NCBI RefSeq assembly: GCF_006345805.1
Contig: NC_043011.1
Location: 52,898,464-52,962,463, forward strand
Direction of reading: 5' to 3'
DNA: 64,000 nucleotides
DNA from: Octopus sinensis
Taxonomy: Eukaryota
How positions within the stretch are numbered: position 1 is the stretch's first letter; each line of letters starts with the position of its first letter. Under the pieces are notes generated by a model. The model was not told where the DNA came from. It saw only the letters and a list, made by a program, of their open reading frames with translations, and did not search any database. Positions 37,452 through 50,230 of the stretch are shown in pieces. Both the position numbers and the translations under genes were made by a program.

Positions 37452-37850
37452 GTGCAGGAGTGGCTGTGTGGTAAGTAGCTTGCTAACCAACCACATGGTT
37501 CCGGGTTCAGTCCCACTGCGTGGCATCTTGGGCAAGTGTCTTCTGCTATAGCCCCGGGCCGACCAATGCCTTGTGAGTGGATTTGGTAGATGGAAACTGA
37601 AAGAAGCCTGTCGTATATATGTATATATATATATATGTATGTGTTTGTCCCCCTAGCATTGCCTGACAACCGATGCTGGTGTGTTTACGCCCCCGTCACT
37701 TAGCGGTTCGGCAAAAGAGACCGATAGAATAAGTACTGGGCTTACAAAGAATAAGTTCCGGGGTCGATTTGCTCGACTAAAGGTGGTGCTGCAGCATGGC
37801 CACAGTCAAATGACTAAAATAAGTAAAAGAGTAAAGAGAAAAGAGTAACG
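37452..37850 (+). mobile_element. SINE family A
   Basis: Family match. Confidence 0.92.
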
Positions 37851-38043
37851 AGTATATATATATATACACATGCTAGTCCAACCCATGCTAGCATGGAAAG
37901 CGGACGTTAAATGATGATGATGATGATGATGATACACACACACAAGCTCTTCTTTCATTCACTGTTTATCTTTTTCATTTGTCTCCTTCCTTCCTGTATC
38001 TTTCCCATCATTCACTCCAATTTACTGCTCTATATATTGACAT

Positions 38044-38355
38044 GTGGAGGCGCAATGGCCTAGTGGTTAGGGCAGCGGCCTCGCGGTCGAAGGATCGCGG
38101 TTTCGATTCCCAGACCGGGCGTTGTGAGTGTTTATTGAGCGAAAACACCTAAAAGCTACACGAGGCTCTGGCAGGGGGTGGTGGCGATCCCTACCGTACT
38201 CTTTCGCCACAACTTTCTCCCACTCTTTCTTCTGTTGGCCTGCTCACTTAGCCAGCGGGGTGGCGTCATTTGAAGGCTAAAACAATGCGAAGCGCATTGT
38301 GACCAGCGATGTGTAACAACATCTGATGGCCTGGTTGGTCACGGTGATCATGGTG
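38044..38355 (+). mobile_element. SINE family B, tail type 2
   Basis: 12-bp TSD ATATATTGACAT (38032-38043 / 38356-38367). Confidence 0.92.
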
Positions 38356-38837
38356 ATATATTGACATACACTGACCATGTAATATTTGATTTCTTTTTTC
38401 CCCCAACTCATCTCTCTGTAATATTGAATAGAAATGATGAGTGTCACATTATTGATTTACGTTTTCTGATTGGTTTATCTGTTTAATAAGTATATATGAT
38501 ACTCCAGAGATTCTTTGCCAATACAACGAAATGAATATTTTAAAACATATCACAGCATGAGTGTGTAATTAAAATGTTTGCTTTGCATTCTTATGTGTAA
38601 TTAAAATGTAGATCTTGATCTGATTTCATTGGACAATACCTTAGGTATACACTTCCACTACAGCCTTGATTTAGCCATAGCTTTGTGTGAAAATATTTGA
38701 TAGCTGGAAACTGTATAGAAGCCTGTTTGATCCATGTACATATGAATGTGTGTGTGTGTTTGTTATAGAAAATTCGACAAAAAACGTACTCCATCTGGTG
38801 AGAGATAAATATCATTTATTCAAAGGTCACAATACAT

Positions 38838-38914
<77 letters not shown>

Positions 38915-38939
38915 GTATATATATATATGTATATATATA

Positions 38940-38970
<31 letters not shown>

Positions 38971-38974
38971 ATAT

Positions 38975-39372
38975 AGGTGCAGGAGTGGCTGTGTGGTAAG
39001 TAGCTTGCTTACCAAGCACATGGTCCCGAATTCAGTCCCACTGCATAGCACCTTGGGCAAGCATCTTCTACTATAGCCTCAGGCTGACCAAAGCCTTGTG
39101 AGTCGATTTGGTAGACGGGAACTGAAAGAAGCCCGTCATATATGTATGTGTGTGTATATGTTTGTGTGTCTGTGTTTGTCCCCCCAACATCGCTTGACAA
39201 CTGCTGGTGGTGTGTTTACGTCCCCGTAACTTAGCCGTTCAGCAAAAGAGACCGACGGAATAAGTACTTGGCTAACAAAGAATAAATCCTGGGGTTGATT
39301 TGCTCGACTAAAGGTGGTGTTCCAGTATGGCCACAGTCAAATGACTGAAACAAATAAAAGAGTAAAAGAGTA
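38975..39372 (+). mobile_element. SINE family A
   Basis: Family match. Confidence 0.9.
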
Positions 39373-39689
39373 ATACATGTATTCAAGCACTACTAATAGT
39401 TTCGTATGTCGAGAAAAGAAAAACATCATTCTGCAGGTACAAACCACATATCATAACGAACTAAAATAATTGAATAATAGAAGAAACATGAAAAAAACTG
39501 AGGAGGCAGCATATAGGAAACGCAGAAAGTAAACAATGGAAAACAAAAATACAAAAACTAAAATGTAAAAAACAGAGTAAAAAGGTAAAAGAGCTATCCT
39601 CCTTTGACTTTAAATGATAAGGTTGAAAAGATATCAAGCCAGTTAGGAATAGGTGGAATTAATATTTAGGGTGGTAGTAACTTCTGCCT

Positions 39690-39965
39690 TCATCATCATC
39701 ATCATCATCATCGTTTAATGTCCGTTTTCCATGCTAGTATGGGTTGGACGGTTCGACCGGGATCTGGGAAGCCAGGAGGCTGCACTAGGCCCCAATCTGA
39801 TCTGGCAGTGTTTCTACAGCTGGATGCCCTTCCTAACGCCAACCACTCTGTGAGTGTAGTGGGTGCTTTTTACGTGCCACCAGCACAGGTGCCAGGGGAG
39901 GCTGGCAACAGCCACGATCGGTTGGTTTCTATGGATGGATATCCTTCCTAATGCCAACCACTTTA
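39690..39965 (-). mobile_element. RTE 3'-end repeat, family R
   Basis: Reverse-strand family match. Confidence 0.85.
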
Positions 39966-40544
39966 TAGTGTGTACAGTGTACCATTTTCATGCCTCTGGC
40001 ACTTGTGAAGCCACCAAGTAACTTGCATGGAAAGAAAAGTACAGGAAAATGGATAAGGAAAATGTACCCCCACTCCCCAACTGAGGTAAGGGAAATATTT
40101 GAGGGAGGTGGGGTTATGCCAAGAGTTGAGATCCTGAAGTATGATAGAAGGACAAGCAAAAGTGCTTTGCCATAGAGGTACATGGGACTATGCCACATTA
40201 TATAAGGGTGGGTGAGAAAAACTGGAAAATAGATAGAGACAGTAGTAACGGGATGCCAGAGCATCTCAAAATATGAGAAGATGAGTATAAAAGAGGATAG
40301 AGACAGTGGATAGGAGGTAGAGGAAGGATCAAATATCACAGAATAAGTTGCAGAATGTCAAACAAAAAATATTGGTTACATCACTCTGATCAAATTTCTA
40401 TTTTGTCCTTATGAGGTCGTTAAAAAATAAGTCATATACAACTACTGGGTGTTGATATAATTGATTGAAGCTTGTGCCCCCAGTATGGCAGCAATTCAAT
40501 GTCTGAAACCACTGATGGAGTAAATGAATAAATTAAAATACGGT

Positions 40545-40741
40545 CCCGTGCCGGTGGCACGTAAAAAGCACCCACTACACTCTCGGAGTGGTTGGCATTA
40601 GGAAGGGCATCCAGCTGTAGAAACTCTGCCAGATCAAGATTGAAGCCTGGTGCAGCCATTTGGTTCGCCAGCCCTCAGTCAAATCGTCCAACCCGTGCTA
40701 GCATGGAAAGCGGACATTAAACGACGATGATGATGATGATG
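40545..40741 (+). mobile_element. RTE 3'-end repeat, family R
   Basis: Family match. Confidence 0.88.
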
Positions 40742-40849
40742 GTGTGTGTGTGTGTGTGTGTGTTTGTGTGTGTGTCCCCATTAGCAATGCTCATTTGTTG
40801 AGCAACCAGAGTCAAGCTTTTTATCCCTCTTGATGTAATTCTTTGAAGT

Positions 40850-41420
40850 CTAATGTCATATGTACTTGATTATGTCAGTTGTTAATGCTGTGATTAGCAG
40901 AAATAAGTAAATATGTAAATAAATAATGTTCAGCAGTAATCAAGTAGTGTTTTACGATACCTCTGCTGTTCCACCAGAATGGAACTCATCATTCTCATAA
41001 TTGTAGCTACATGTAATCATCTGTTCATGTTATAACTAGCAACATCATACGAAATCCTGGTACATTTCTTATGAAGATTTGGAACCCTTTTTCAGCACCA
41101 ATAATATTACGTTCTGTACTCAATACAAATAGAGATTTCTTTCATGGATAATTGTTGAATCCAAACAAAAGGAAATCAATATATCCATTAGCTACACTAA
41201 CAGGAGTGTTTGATTCAGTTTAAAGCTTATGTCGTTGCCTTTGATCGATAATTGTTGAAATCCTCAACGGCATTCGCACTTCCTGTGTACATTTATTTAA
41301 ATTTTGTTCAGCATTGGTTTCTGGCAACGACATACAAAAGCTGAATTGCACCTCCTATTTTATCTTATCATTTACCCATTCTTTCCGCAGTTTGTCTAGT
41401 AATTGTGACATGATTAACTG
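40850..41420 (-). mobile_element. hAT (Buster/Charlie-like) transposase relic
   Basis: QFSFCMSLPET and RNIIGAEKGFQIFIRNV segments resemble hAT catalytic-region motifs; heavily mutated. Confidence 0.5.
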
Positions 41421-41742
41421 AAAAATACAAATGTGTTGTAGTGTCTCAAAGTGCTTTTAAAGGACTCGGCTTGACCCAGGTTTCTTAATGTCAATTTGAC
41501 AAGAAATAAGTCTCCTCCTTAAAGAGGATGTTAGCTTTTCACAAATAGCACTACCAAGTACAACTTGGGTGATCAAACTAAAGTGACCTAACCAGTAATA
41601 AACTTAGTACCAGCTGCAGATCTGAACTTATTACCTACATGTAAGTGGGTGGTGCCTCAACACCTAATCCATTTGACCATGTCTATTTCAATGCTGATAA
41701 GATATCATATCAAGTAGTGTCCAATCTGTAGAAACTTTGACA

Positions 41743-42127
41743 TACTCTTTTCTCTCTCTCTTTTACTCTTTTACTTGTTTCAGTCATTTAACTGCGCCCA
41801 TGCTGGAGCACTGCCTTTAGTCGAGCAAATTGACCCCAGGACTTGTTCTTTGGAAGCCTAGTACTTGTTCTATCGGTCTCTTTTGCCGAACCGCTAAGTT
41901 ACAGGGATGTAAACACACCACTATCAGTTGTCAAGCGATGTTGGGGGACAAACAAACACACACATACATATATACGACGAGCTTTCAGTTTCTGTCTACC
42001 AAATCCACTCACAAGGCTTTGGTCGGCCCGAGGCTATAGTAGAAGACACTTGCCCAAGGTGCCACACAGTGGGAATGAACCCAGAACCATGTGGTTGGTA
42101 AGCAAGCTGCTTACCACACTGCCACTC
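41743..42127 (-). mobile_element. SINE family A, reverse
   Basis: Reverse-complement family match. Confidence 0.9.
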
Positions 42128-42234
42128 TTCATCTTTTTCACATTAATTTGAAGTTAAATACCAATACTATGACCAAATGAGGTTCACAGTTATGTTCTAT
42201 TAATATATTCATCTGTTTATAGTATCAGTTTCAA

Positions 42235-42440
42235 ATTTTTGCTCAAGGCCAGCAATTTTTGAGGAGGGACTAAGTCAATTACAGCAACCCCAGTGCTCAA
42301 CTGGCACTTATTCTATCAACTCCAAAAGGATGAATGGCAAAGTAGACCCTGGTGGAATTTGAACTCAGAATGTAAAGACAGATAAAATGCTGCTAAGCAT
42401 TTTTTCCAACATGCAAATGATTCTACCAGCTCACCACCTG
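42235..42440 (-). mobile_element. SINE family C, reverse
   Basis: Family match. Confidence 0.8.
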
Positions 42441-42619
42441 AACTGGTTTGGAATTGGTGATTTCTAATTTCGATATGGTCATGAGTGTTGGGTAATGACC
42501 AAAAGTGTATGATGAATACAAGTGGCCAAATTGGGGTTTCTCTGAAGGATCTCAGAAGTAATGTTACTCGACAGGGTTCAGAGTCTCTTTTTGTTGAGCT
42601 TCTCTTCTCTGTATTGAGA

Positions 42620-42718
42620 GTACCATATACTCTCTGGTACATCTGCTCATAGTACCATAGAGCATATGGTATTATGCTCTATAGTACCTGAGCATAGTAC
42701 CATAGCTCTGGTACTATG
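42620..42718. repeat. Cluster of tandem palindromes built on CATAGTACCA / TGGTACTATG
   Basis: Hairpins at 42620-42640, 42644-42694 and 42693-42718. Confidence 0.85.
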
Positions 42719-44002
42719 GACATGTGATTAGAATATTACTGGAAAGAACCACAAGACAGTTTCTTCAATTCAAGCCTACTGGCAAGGGACCTAGGGATAG
42801 ACTAAGAATGTTGGTATCAGTATAAGACACAGTCAAGTATCCTTTTTGATGCAGGACACTTATGTAACCATTTTTGAAATTTTTCATTCATTCATAGGCA
42901 GTTTGTGGTGGCTAAACAGGAATGATATGGTTGGATAATATTCATAGTCTCCATTTGGTAATGCTTAGGAATCCAGCAAGAGATTGTAATAACAATTACT
43001 TCTGATAAAACCCTGCAGAGGAGGTGCCTGAGAACTCTGCTTCCAAGACCCTTTCAGAAATAGTGAGCAGAGAAGATAGATGGATAAATAACTTTGATAT
43101 CGCAATCCACAAATTATGGTAGGTTTTTGACATAACTTGACCTTCATGATTATCAAGTATTTTGTGTTTTGTGATCCATTTTCTGTGGGCTGAAGGGATG
43201 TCAAGTCCTGAAATTTATTGAATACTTTTAGTACTGTTTGGGAAAATTGTTTTGCTGCGACGAACTGTCTACAAATGAATGAAGAATTTCAAAAATAGTT
43301 CCATAAATGTCCTACATCAACGAGAATTCCTGACCGTATCTTATACTGATGCCAATATTGATCAAATCTGTTGAACAAATGGGGGTGACTTAATGAAATA
43401 ACAAATTAATCATCCGTAACAGTTTTGACTATGGTCGATGAAATAATGAAAACTTAATTTCCATTCAAACCTGACTAGAGTGACTACAGGGAGACTATGT
43501 CTAATTATTTTCACACAACTAATTTTCTCATAGGTAAGGTAAAAATTAGAAGTACATTATGGATAATTAAAGACATGCACTGTGCTTCTTTCATAGTAAC
43601 AATATCCACTTAATTGATGTTTCAAGTTCAAACCTGCTTCATAGTGACTTGGGGAGATTGTATCAAGTGATGTACACACAACTATATTACCCACCAACAG
43701 GAAAAAAAATTATAAATATGTGTGTGTGTGTACATATTCACATATTTGTCCATATACACATCCATGTACACTTGTGCATAGACATACACATCTTTTATGT
43801 TTATCTCTTACTCGTGTCAGTCATTAGACTGCGGCCATGCTGGGGCACTGCCTTGAAGAATTTTTAGTCAAATGAATCAACTCCAGTACTTATTTTTCTT
43901 TTATTAAGCCTGCTACTTATTCTATCAGTCTCTAAGTTACAAGGATGTAAACACACCAACACCGGTTGTCAAGTGATGGTGAGGGACACACACATGCACG
44001 CA

Positions 44003-44893
44003 CAGAGAGTGTGGTGAATAAATTGTCATCTAAATTAAGCAAAAATGAAAATAACATCGACACCTCATTTTAACAGATGTATTTACCAAACTTACATAAA
44101 AATACTTTGAAATACTAATGAGTAAATTTATTCAATAAAATCACCTTTGGCTTTAACCACAGTCTCCAGACGACTTTGCAATACTCTTCTGGATGGTCTC
44201 TTTGTTTAAGTTGGTGAACGCTGCCATAATCTTTGCCTTCAGTTCATCTTTGGTGTTACAAGGAGTTTTGTTGGTCTCTCACCCAACTGCGCCCCATGCG
44301 TAATAATCAAAGGGGTTGCAGTTCAATGAGTTAGGTGACTTGATGTTAGGGGTGATGTGGTTGCAGAAATTGTCTGACAGTCATGACCGAGTTTTCCTGC
44401 TTATGTGGCATGGTGCAGAATCTTGTTGCCAAAGATAGGGTCTTCCAGTATCCCCCCTTTTGTCCCAGGTCAGCATTACCTCCTCCAGGCACTTGATGTA
44501 TGCCTCCATGTTGAGTCTGAAACCATGTCGGAAGATGACTGTAGGCATAATGTTGCCATCACTAGTGATCACTCCAAACACCTTTGTAATCACCATTAGA
44601 CTCATCCAGCTCTTTCTGAATTCTCTGCACTGTCCTCAGATTGATACCCAAACACTCTGAAATGTTCGTATTGGAGCTTCTGTCCTGACTGCCAAGCAGT
44701 ACAGAAGACTGTTTCCAAATTTCTGACGGAGTGAATTGTGTCATGGTGCTGTTTTTCTCACAGATGGTGCCCAACTGACCCTACTATACTGTGTAGTCAT
44801 GAAGAAGCCTGGTAGTTTCTGAGATGGTGCCTGTGAAGGGAACTGTTTCATCAGCAATAATCTGCATCTGTTATTATTGTGACTTGGTGACAA
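44003..44893 (-). mobile_element. Internally deleted maT (D37D) Tc1/mariner-superfamily transposon
   Basis: WQQDSAPCH...NCNPFDYYAWG with 37 residues between the two Asp (counted); N-terminal HTH region joined directly to the catalytic region; left TIR-like end at 44003, right end truncated. Confidence 0.88.
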
Positions 44894-44930
44894 GAAGTAG
44901 ATTTTGTTGGAATGATGCTGGGTTCTTTAA

Positions 44931-45510
44931 CTCTTCAGCATTTAAATTGGCCATATCCAACCAAAATATTCAGCAATTTTCATTTTCAAACCAACAAGAT
45001 CCTACCTCTCATAATGTCATTCTAAAAATAGTGGCTGTGTGGTAAGTAGCTTGCTAACCAACCACATGTTTCCGGATTCAGTCCCACTGCATGGCATCTT
45101 GGGCAAGTGTCTTCTGCTATAGCCCCGGGCTGACCAATGCCTTGTGAGTAGATTTGGTAGACGGAAACTGAAAGAAGCCTGTCGTATATATGTATATATA
45201 TGTATATGTATGTATGTGTATGTGTTTGTGTGTCTGTGTTTGTACCCCTAGCATTGCTTGACAACCGATGCTGGTGTGTTTACGTCCCCGTCACTTAGCG
45301 GTTTGGCAAAACAGACCGATAGAATAAGTACTGGGCTTACAAAGAATAAGTCCCGGGGTCGAGTTGCTCGACTAAAGGCGGTGCTCCAGCATGGCCGCAG
45401 TCAAATGACTGAAACATGTAAAAGAGTAAAGAGTAACTACTTCATCAAAATCTTGAAGCTACAAGATAAATAAGCATCACATTTGAGAGAGTAATCTGAA
45501 TGTTATAGGG
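44931..45510 (+). mobile_element. MITE family P2 with SINE family A inserted (45030-45435)
   Basis: TTAA flanks (44927-30 / 45511-14); halves align with 49525-49746. Confidence 0.82.
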
Positions 45511-45673
45511 TTAATTTTGTCAATAGGAATGCAAAGGATGTAGTCTAGGCATCTGATGAAATAGTGCAAGACACCTCTGTTGATGTTGAAGACACCTGTA
45601 TTTCCATTCGTTGATCAAATTTTATCTATTACTCTATCTGCTTCTCTTTATATGTGTGTGTATATACACTTTC

Positions 45674-45723
<50 letters not shown>

Positions 45724-46073
45724 AGTCAGACACATACACACGCATACATATATATTCATACGTCCATACATACACCTGCTCATAATTTCCACAACATCCT
45801 GCTCTCTGCATAATATTGACTCACTATACAAATTCACTTTCTGTTATCTCTGCTTTGGAAGCCAGCTAAGGAAGCTGACAGAACAGAAGAGGCAGTCTGC
45901 TCTGGTTGTTCACAGTCTGGTAACCTTTGCTGTTTGTACTCTTAACTGGGTTTCTATGCTGGAACTACTGGAACTGTCACCATCCAAGTATTGCTTAATG
46001 TTGCTGTCTTTTTTTGTACAGTATTCTCCTTGGTTCTTCTAGTCTTGAATCCAATTAGCTGACAGCTTATACA

Positions 46074-46417
46074 TCGGGGGGGGGGGCCTTCGCTCACGAC
46101 ACTGACCATGGGATTGCAACTAGAAAGTTACCCTCCTAGTCACAAGTCTGGACAAGGTGGTTTATGGAAGACCAGCAGTCGCCCGTGCATACCGGCCTCC
46201 CCTCTCCACGCCACCAGTGTTATCCAAGGGAAAGGCAAAGGGGCCGATACAGCTTGGCACCTGTGACGTCGCAACTTGTTTCTACAGCTGAGCGAACTGG
46301 AGCAACGTGAAATAAAGTGCCTTGCTCAAGAACACAACACGCAGCCCAGTCCGAGATTCGAGCTCACAACCTCACGATCGTAAGCTCGACGCTCTAACCA
46401 CTGAGCCATGCGCCTTC
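46074..46417 (-). mobile_element. tRNA-derived SINE family D, well-preserved copy
   Basis: Head GGCGCATGGCTCAGTGGTTAGAGCGTCG...GCTCGAATCTC on minus; 13-bp TSD GACAGCTTATACA (46061-73 / 46418-30). Confidence 0.92.
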
Positions 46418-46950
46418 GACAGCTTATACAAGGTATTAATAAATTAAGAAAAAAATAGTCCAGGTTGCACAAAACCTCTCATAATAAAAAAATAATGCTG
46501 TATTATAGTGCTTTTGTTTTTAACTCTTCTCGGAGGTCCACCGCTGCTGGATACAATAATATCCATGGTAACAAAGGCATATGGTGGGCTGGTGCATGAA
46601 ATGTTTGATGGCTAACAACAGATCTCAAGGAATATAATCTCCTTGAACATGACATGTTGGAGATCCTGTGTGTTTATGCAGTGTTAGTTGATTGTAGTAA
46701 TGTAGGCGGTGTGTATGTGAATGAGTAGAGTAGTTCATAGCTTATGGGTACAAACCCCCACAATACAAGCATTTTGTTGTGTTGCTGTTGTGGTAGGACA
46801 TGTAATCCTGAATACTTCAACCTAATTAATAAGTTATATTGTCTTATGAGAAGACTGGTTTTGTATCATCACAATGACTGGCTGAGTATTCCTATTTCAT
46901 TTGTTGAATGTCACACACACACACACACCAAACCTCTCTCTCTCTCTCAC

Positions 46951-46987
<37 letters not shown>

Positions 46988-47062
46988 ATATACATATATA
47001 CATGCATATACATATATACATACGTACGTACGTACATACATACATACATACATACATACGAT

Positions 47063-47315
47063 TTACTTGGCTTGATCAGGCTTCTCAAGCACAGCATATT
47101 GCCAAAGGTCTTGGTCACCTGTCATTGCTTCCATGAGGCCCAGCATTTGAAGATCATACTTCATCACCTTGTCATATGTCTTCCTGGATCTACCTCTTCC
47201 ACAGGTCCCCTCCAAAGTTAGAGATCATCACTTTTTTACACAACTGTCCTTGTCCATACACATCACATGACCATACCAGCACAGTTGTCTTTCTTGCACA
47301 CCACATCCGATGCCT
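47063..47315 (-). mobile_element. RTE LINE ORF2 C-terminal fragment
   Basis: Reverse complement aligns with about 48310-48670. Confidence 0.85.
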
Positions 47316-47392
47316 GTTTTCTTATATATATCAAGCCTAATCATGTTTATCTGCATCACTATCTTATGTGTGTGTGTGTGTGTGTGTGTGTG

Positions 47393-49125
47393 TCCCAATC
47401 CCTTATCTAGTGGTCAATGTGGAAACTAGGGATAGATAAGTGGTTGGTGAGAGCTGTACAAGCTTTGTACAGAGACGCTACCAGTAAGGTGAGGGTTGGC
47501 AATGAGTACAGCGAAGAATTCAAAGTTCAAGTAGGGGTTCACCAGGGATCAGTCCTCAGCCCCTCTTGTTCATCATAGTTCTCCAGGCAATAACAGAGGA
47601 ATTTAAGACAGGCTGCCCCTGGGAGCTCCTCTATGCTGATGACCTTGCTTTTATAGCAGAATCACTACCAGATCTAGAGAAGAGGATCCAGGAATGGAAG
47701 TAAGGTCGAGAATCGAAGGGCCTTAAAGTTAACCTAGCTAAAACCAAAGTCTTAGTAAGTAGGAAGGCAGACAAATCCCAAATCCCTTCAGGTAGATGTC
47801 CCTGCTCGATCTGTAGAAAAGGCCTAGGTAGAAACTCCATGAAATGCTTTGGACACATAAAAGGTGTGGCAATATCAGAGGAAGGCTAACAAGGAAAATA
47901 ACTTTTGTATGTGGAAGATGCACGTGTACAATATATGCTGAAAATGTACAGAAAATAGACTCCATCAACTGCCAGGGGGAAAGCTAGAGGTAGTAGATAG
48001 CTTCCATTATCTAGGTGACCAAGTTAGTAGTGGAGGTGGAGGCTCTGAGAGTGTAGCTGTGAGAATAAGATTAGGCTGGGTAAAGTTCAGAGAGCTCCTA
48101 CCTCTGCTGGCAACAAAGGACCTATCTCTCAAAGTGAAAGGCAGATTGTATGATGCATGTGTGTGAATAGCTATGCTAAATGGTAGTGAAACATGGGCTG
48201 TGACAGCTGAAGACATGCACAGGCTTGAAAGAAATGAAACCAGTATGCTTCACTGGATATGTGATGTCAGTGTGCATGTTCGACAGAGTGTGTCTTGAGA
48301 GAAAAATTTGGCATAAGAGGCATCAGATATGGTGTGGAAGAGAGATGACTGCAGTGGTATGGTCATGTGATGCATATGGATGAGAACAGTTACTGATCTC
48401 AAAATGTGGAGAAATCCTGTGGGAGAGGAAGACCCAGGAAAACATGGGACAGACATGAAGGAAAACATGATGCATATGGATGAGGACAGCTGTGTAAAGA
48501 AGTGCCAGTCTCTAAGTGTGGAGTGTATCTGTGGTAGAGGTAGACCCAAGAAGATATGATACAAGATGATAAAGCATGATCTTTGAACTTTGAGCCTCAC
48601 AGAGGTAATGACTAGTGACTGAGACCTTTGGCAATATGCTGTGCTTGAGAATACCTGTCAAGCCAAGTTGTTGAGCCTCATGATGGTCAAGTGGCTGAGT
48701 TCCTTTCAAGTGCTGGGCTTCACAGAGGCAAGTTTCTTTTGAGCATTGGGCCTCATGGAGTCGAGTTCCTTTCGAGCATTGAGCCTCATGGAAGCAAAGT
48801 GGCTGAGTTCCTTTCAAGTGTTGGGCTTCACAGAGACAATGACCGAGACCTTTGGCATTATGTCATGCTTGAGAAGAAGACCCATCAAGCCAAGCAAAAT
48901 CACACTTGTGGAAGATACTGGGGTCACGCAAATGGCACCCGTGCTGGTGGCATGTAAAAGCACCCATTACACTGTCAGAGTGGTTGGCATTAAGAAGGGC
49001 ATCGACCATAGAAACCATGCCAAATCAGACTGGAGTCTGGTGCAGCCTTCCAGCTTGCCAGCCCTGGTCAAACTGTCCAACCGATGCTAGCATGGACAGC
49101 AGATGTTAAATGATGATGATGATGT
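47393..49125 (+). mobile_element. RTE LINE 3' half: RT with YADD, PHD-like Cys insert, internal tandem repeats, family R 3' UTR and (GAT)n tail
   Basis: GCPWELLYADDL (YADD 47632-47643); CSIC..HKRC..CGRC at about 47791-47922; GRGRPKK; tandem units at about 48590-48860; stops present. Confidence 0.92.
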
Positions 49126-49524
49126 AAATATGTATATGGTACCATGTGAAAAGCACAAGTGCTGGTGCCACATAATAAACACCCTGTACATCTTGTAAAG
49201 TAGTTTGCATTAGAAAAGGCATCCAGCCATAGAAACCATACCAAATCAGACAATGGACCCTGATGTAGTTCTCTGACTTATCAGACTGTCTATTCCATGC
49301 CAACATGGAAAACAGATGTTAAATGGTGTGTGTGTGTGTGTGTGCGTGCGTGCTTTTGTTCATTGTAACAAACAAATTCACCATGAATAAAGAATTCACT
49401 ACCAAGTTAGGATTCAGAAGAATATATCTTTATTCAATATGTTCAATAATGACCAATTGAAATTTTTCTTTCAATTGATCACAGTTGTTGGTATGTATAC
49501 ATGTATGTCTATGTGTCTGTTTAA

Positions 49525-49746
49525 CCCTTTAGCATTTAAACCGGCCATATCCAGCCAAAAGTATTCTGCCTGTTTTATGTTCAAACTGGTCAGATCTGGT
49601 CTCTCACACCAACCCTACAATATTGTTTTAAAAATTAACAGCTACCTCATCAAAATCTCATAGTTACAAGATTAATGCATGATTAATTAAAAACAATGTA
49701 GATGAAGAAGCATTAATTTTGGCAGAATAATGTGAACACTAAAGGG
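49525..49746 (+). mobile_element. piggyBac-type MITE family P2, intact
   Basis: TTAA-CCCTTTAG...CTAAAGGG-TTAA. Confidence 0.88.
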
Positions 49747-49879
49747 TTAAATGTAGATGATTTTTTTGTTGGTTTGGGACAAAGACACTCGCCCGAGATA
49801 CCATTTAGTGGGACTGAACCCAAAACCACATGGTTCGCAAGTAAACTTCTCAACCATACAGCCATGCCAACAGGCTCTC

Positions 49880-50230
49880 GATTTGAAGTAGTAGTAACTC
49901 TTTTGAAACCTCTATTGAACACAGATATTGACGAGATGATGTTGATGAGCATGAAAATGGGGTGGGCGAGAGAAGAAATGTTCTTTATCATAGAGGATGA
50001 ACATTTTCTCCCTCTGACAGGATAAAGTAAAGTTGTTAGCTATTGTCACCTCACTTCCCATTGTCTTCTATGGAGAAAGGAACAGATTGATTGAATATTG
50101 ATAATTGTACATTTATAGAAAGCAACGCTACTTAATTGACGGCACAATATTGATGGTTTTGGAGAGTATTGATCGTTGCTTGAGCTAGAACGTAGAGGAG
50201 AGAGAGAGAAGGGCATTGTATGGATGTTGT
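49880..50230 (-). mobile_element. Possible L1-like RT relic
   Basis: ALLSLLYVLAQ resembles GCPLSPLLYVLA; a single weak motif. Confidence 0.3.

Noticed and set aside
34880-47520. RTE 5' half (-) and 3' half (+) as one element split by an inversion
   Set aside because: Their overlap of about 125 bp differs at many positions (roughly 75% identical), so they are separate copies.
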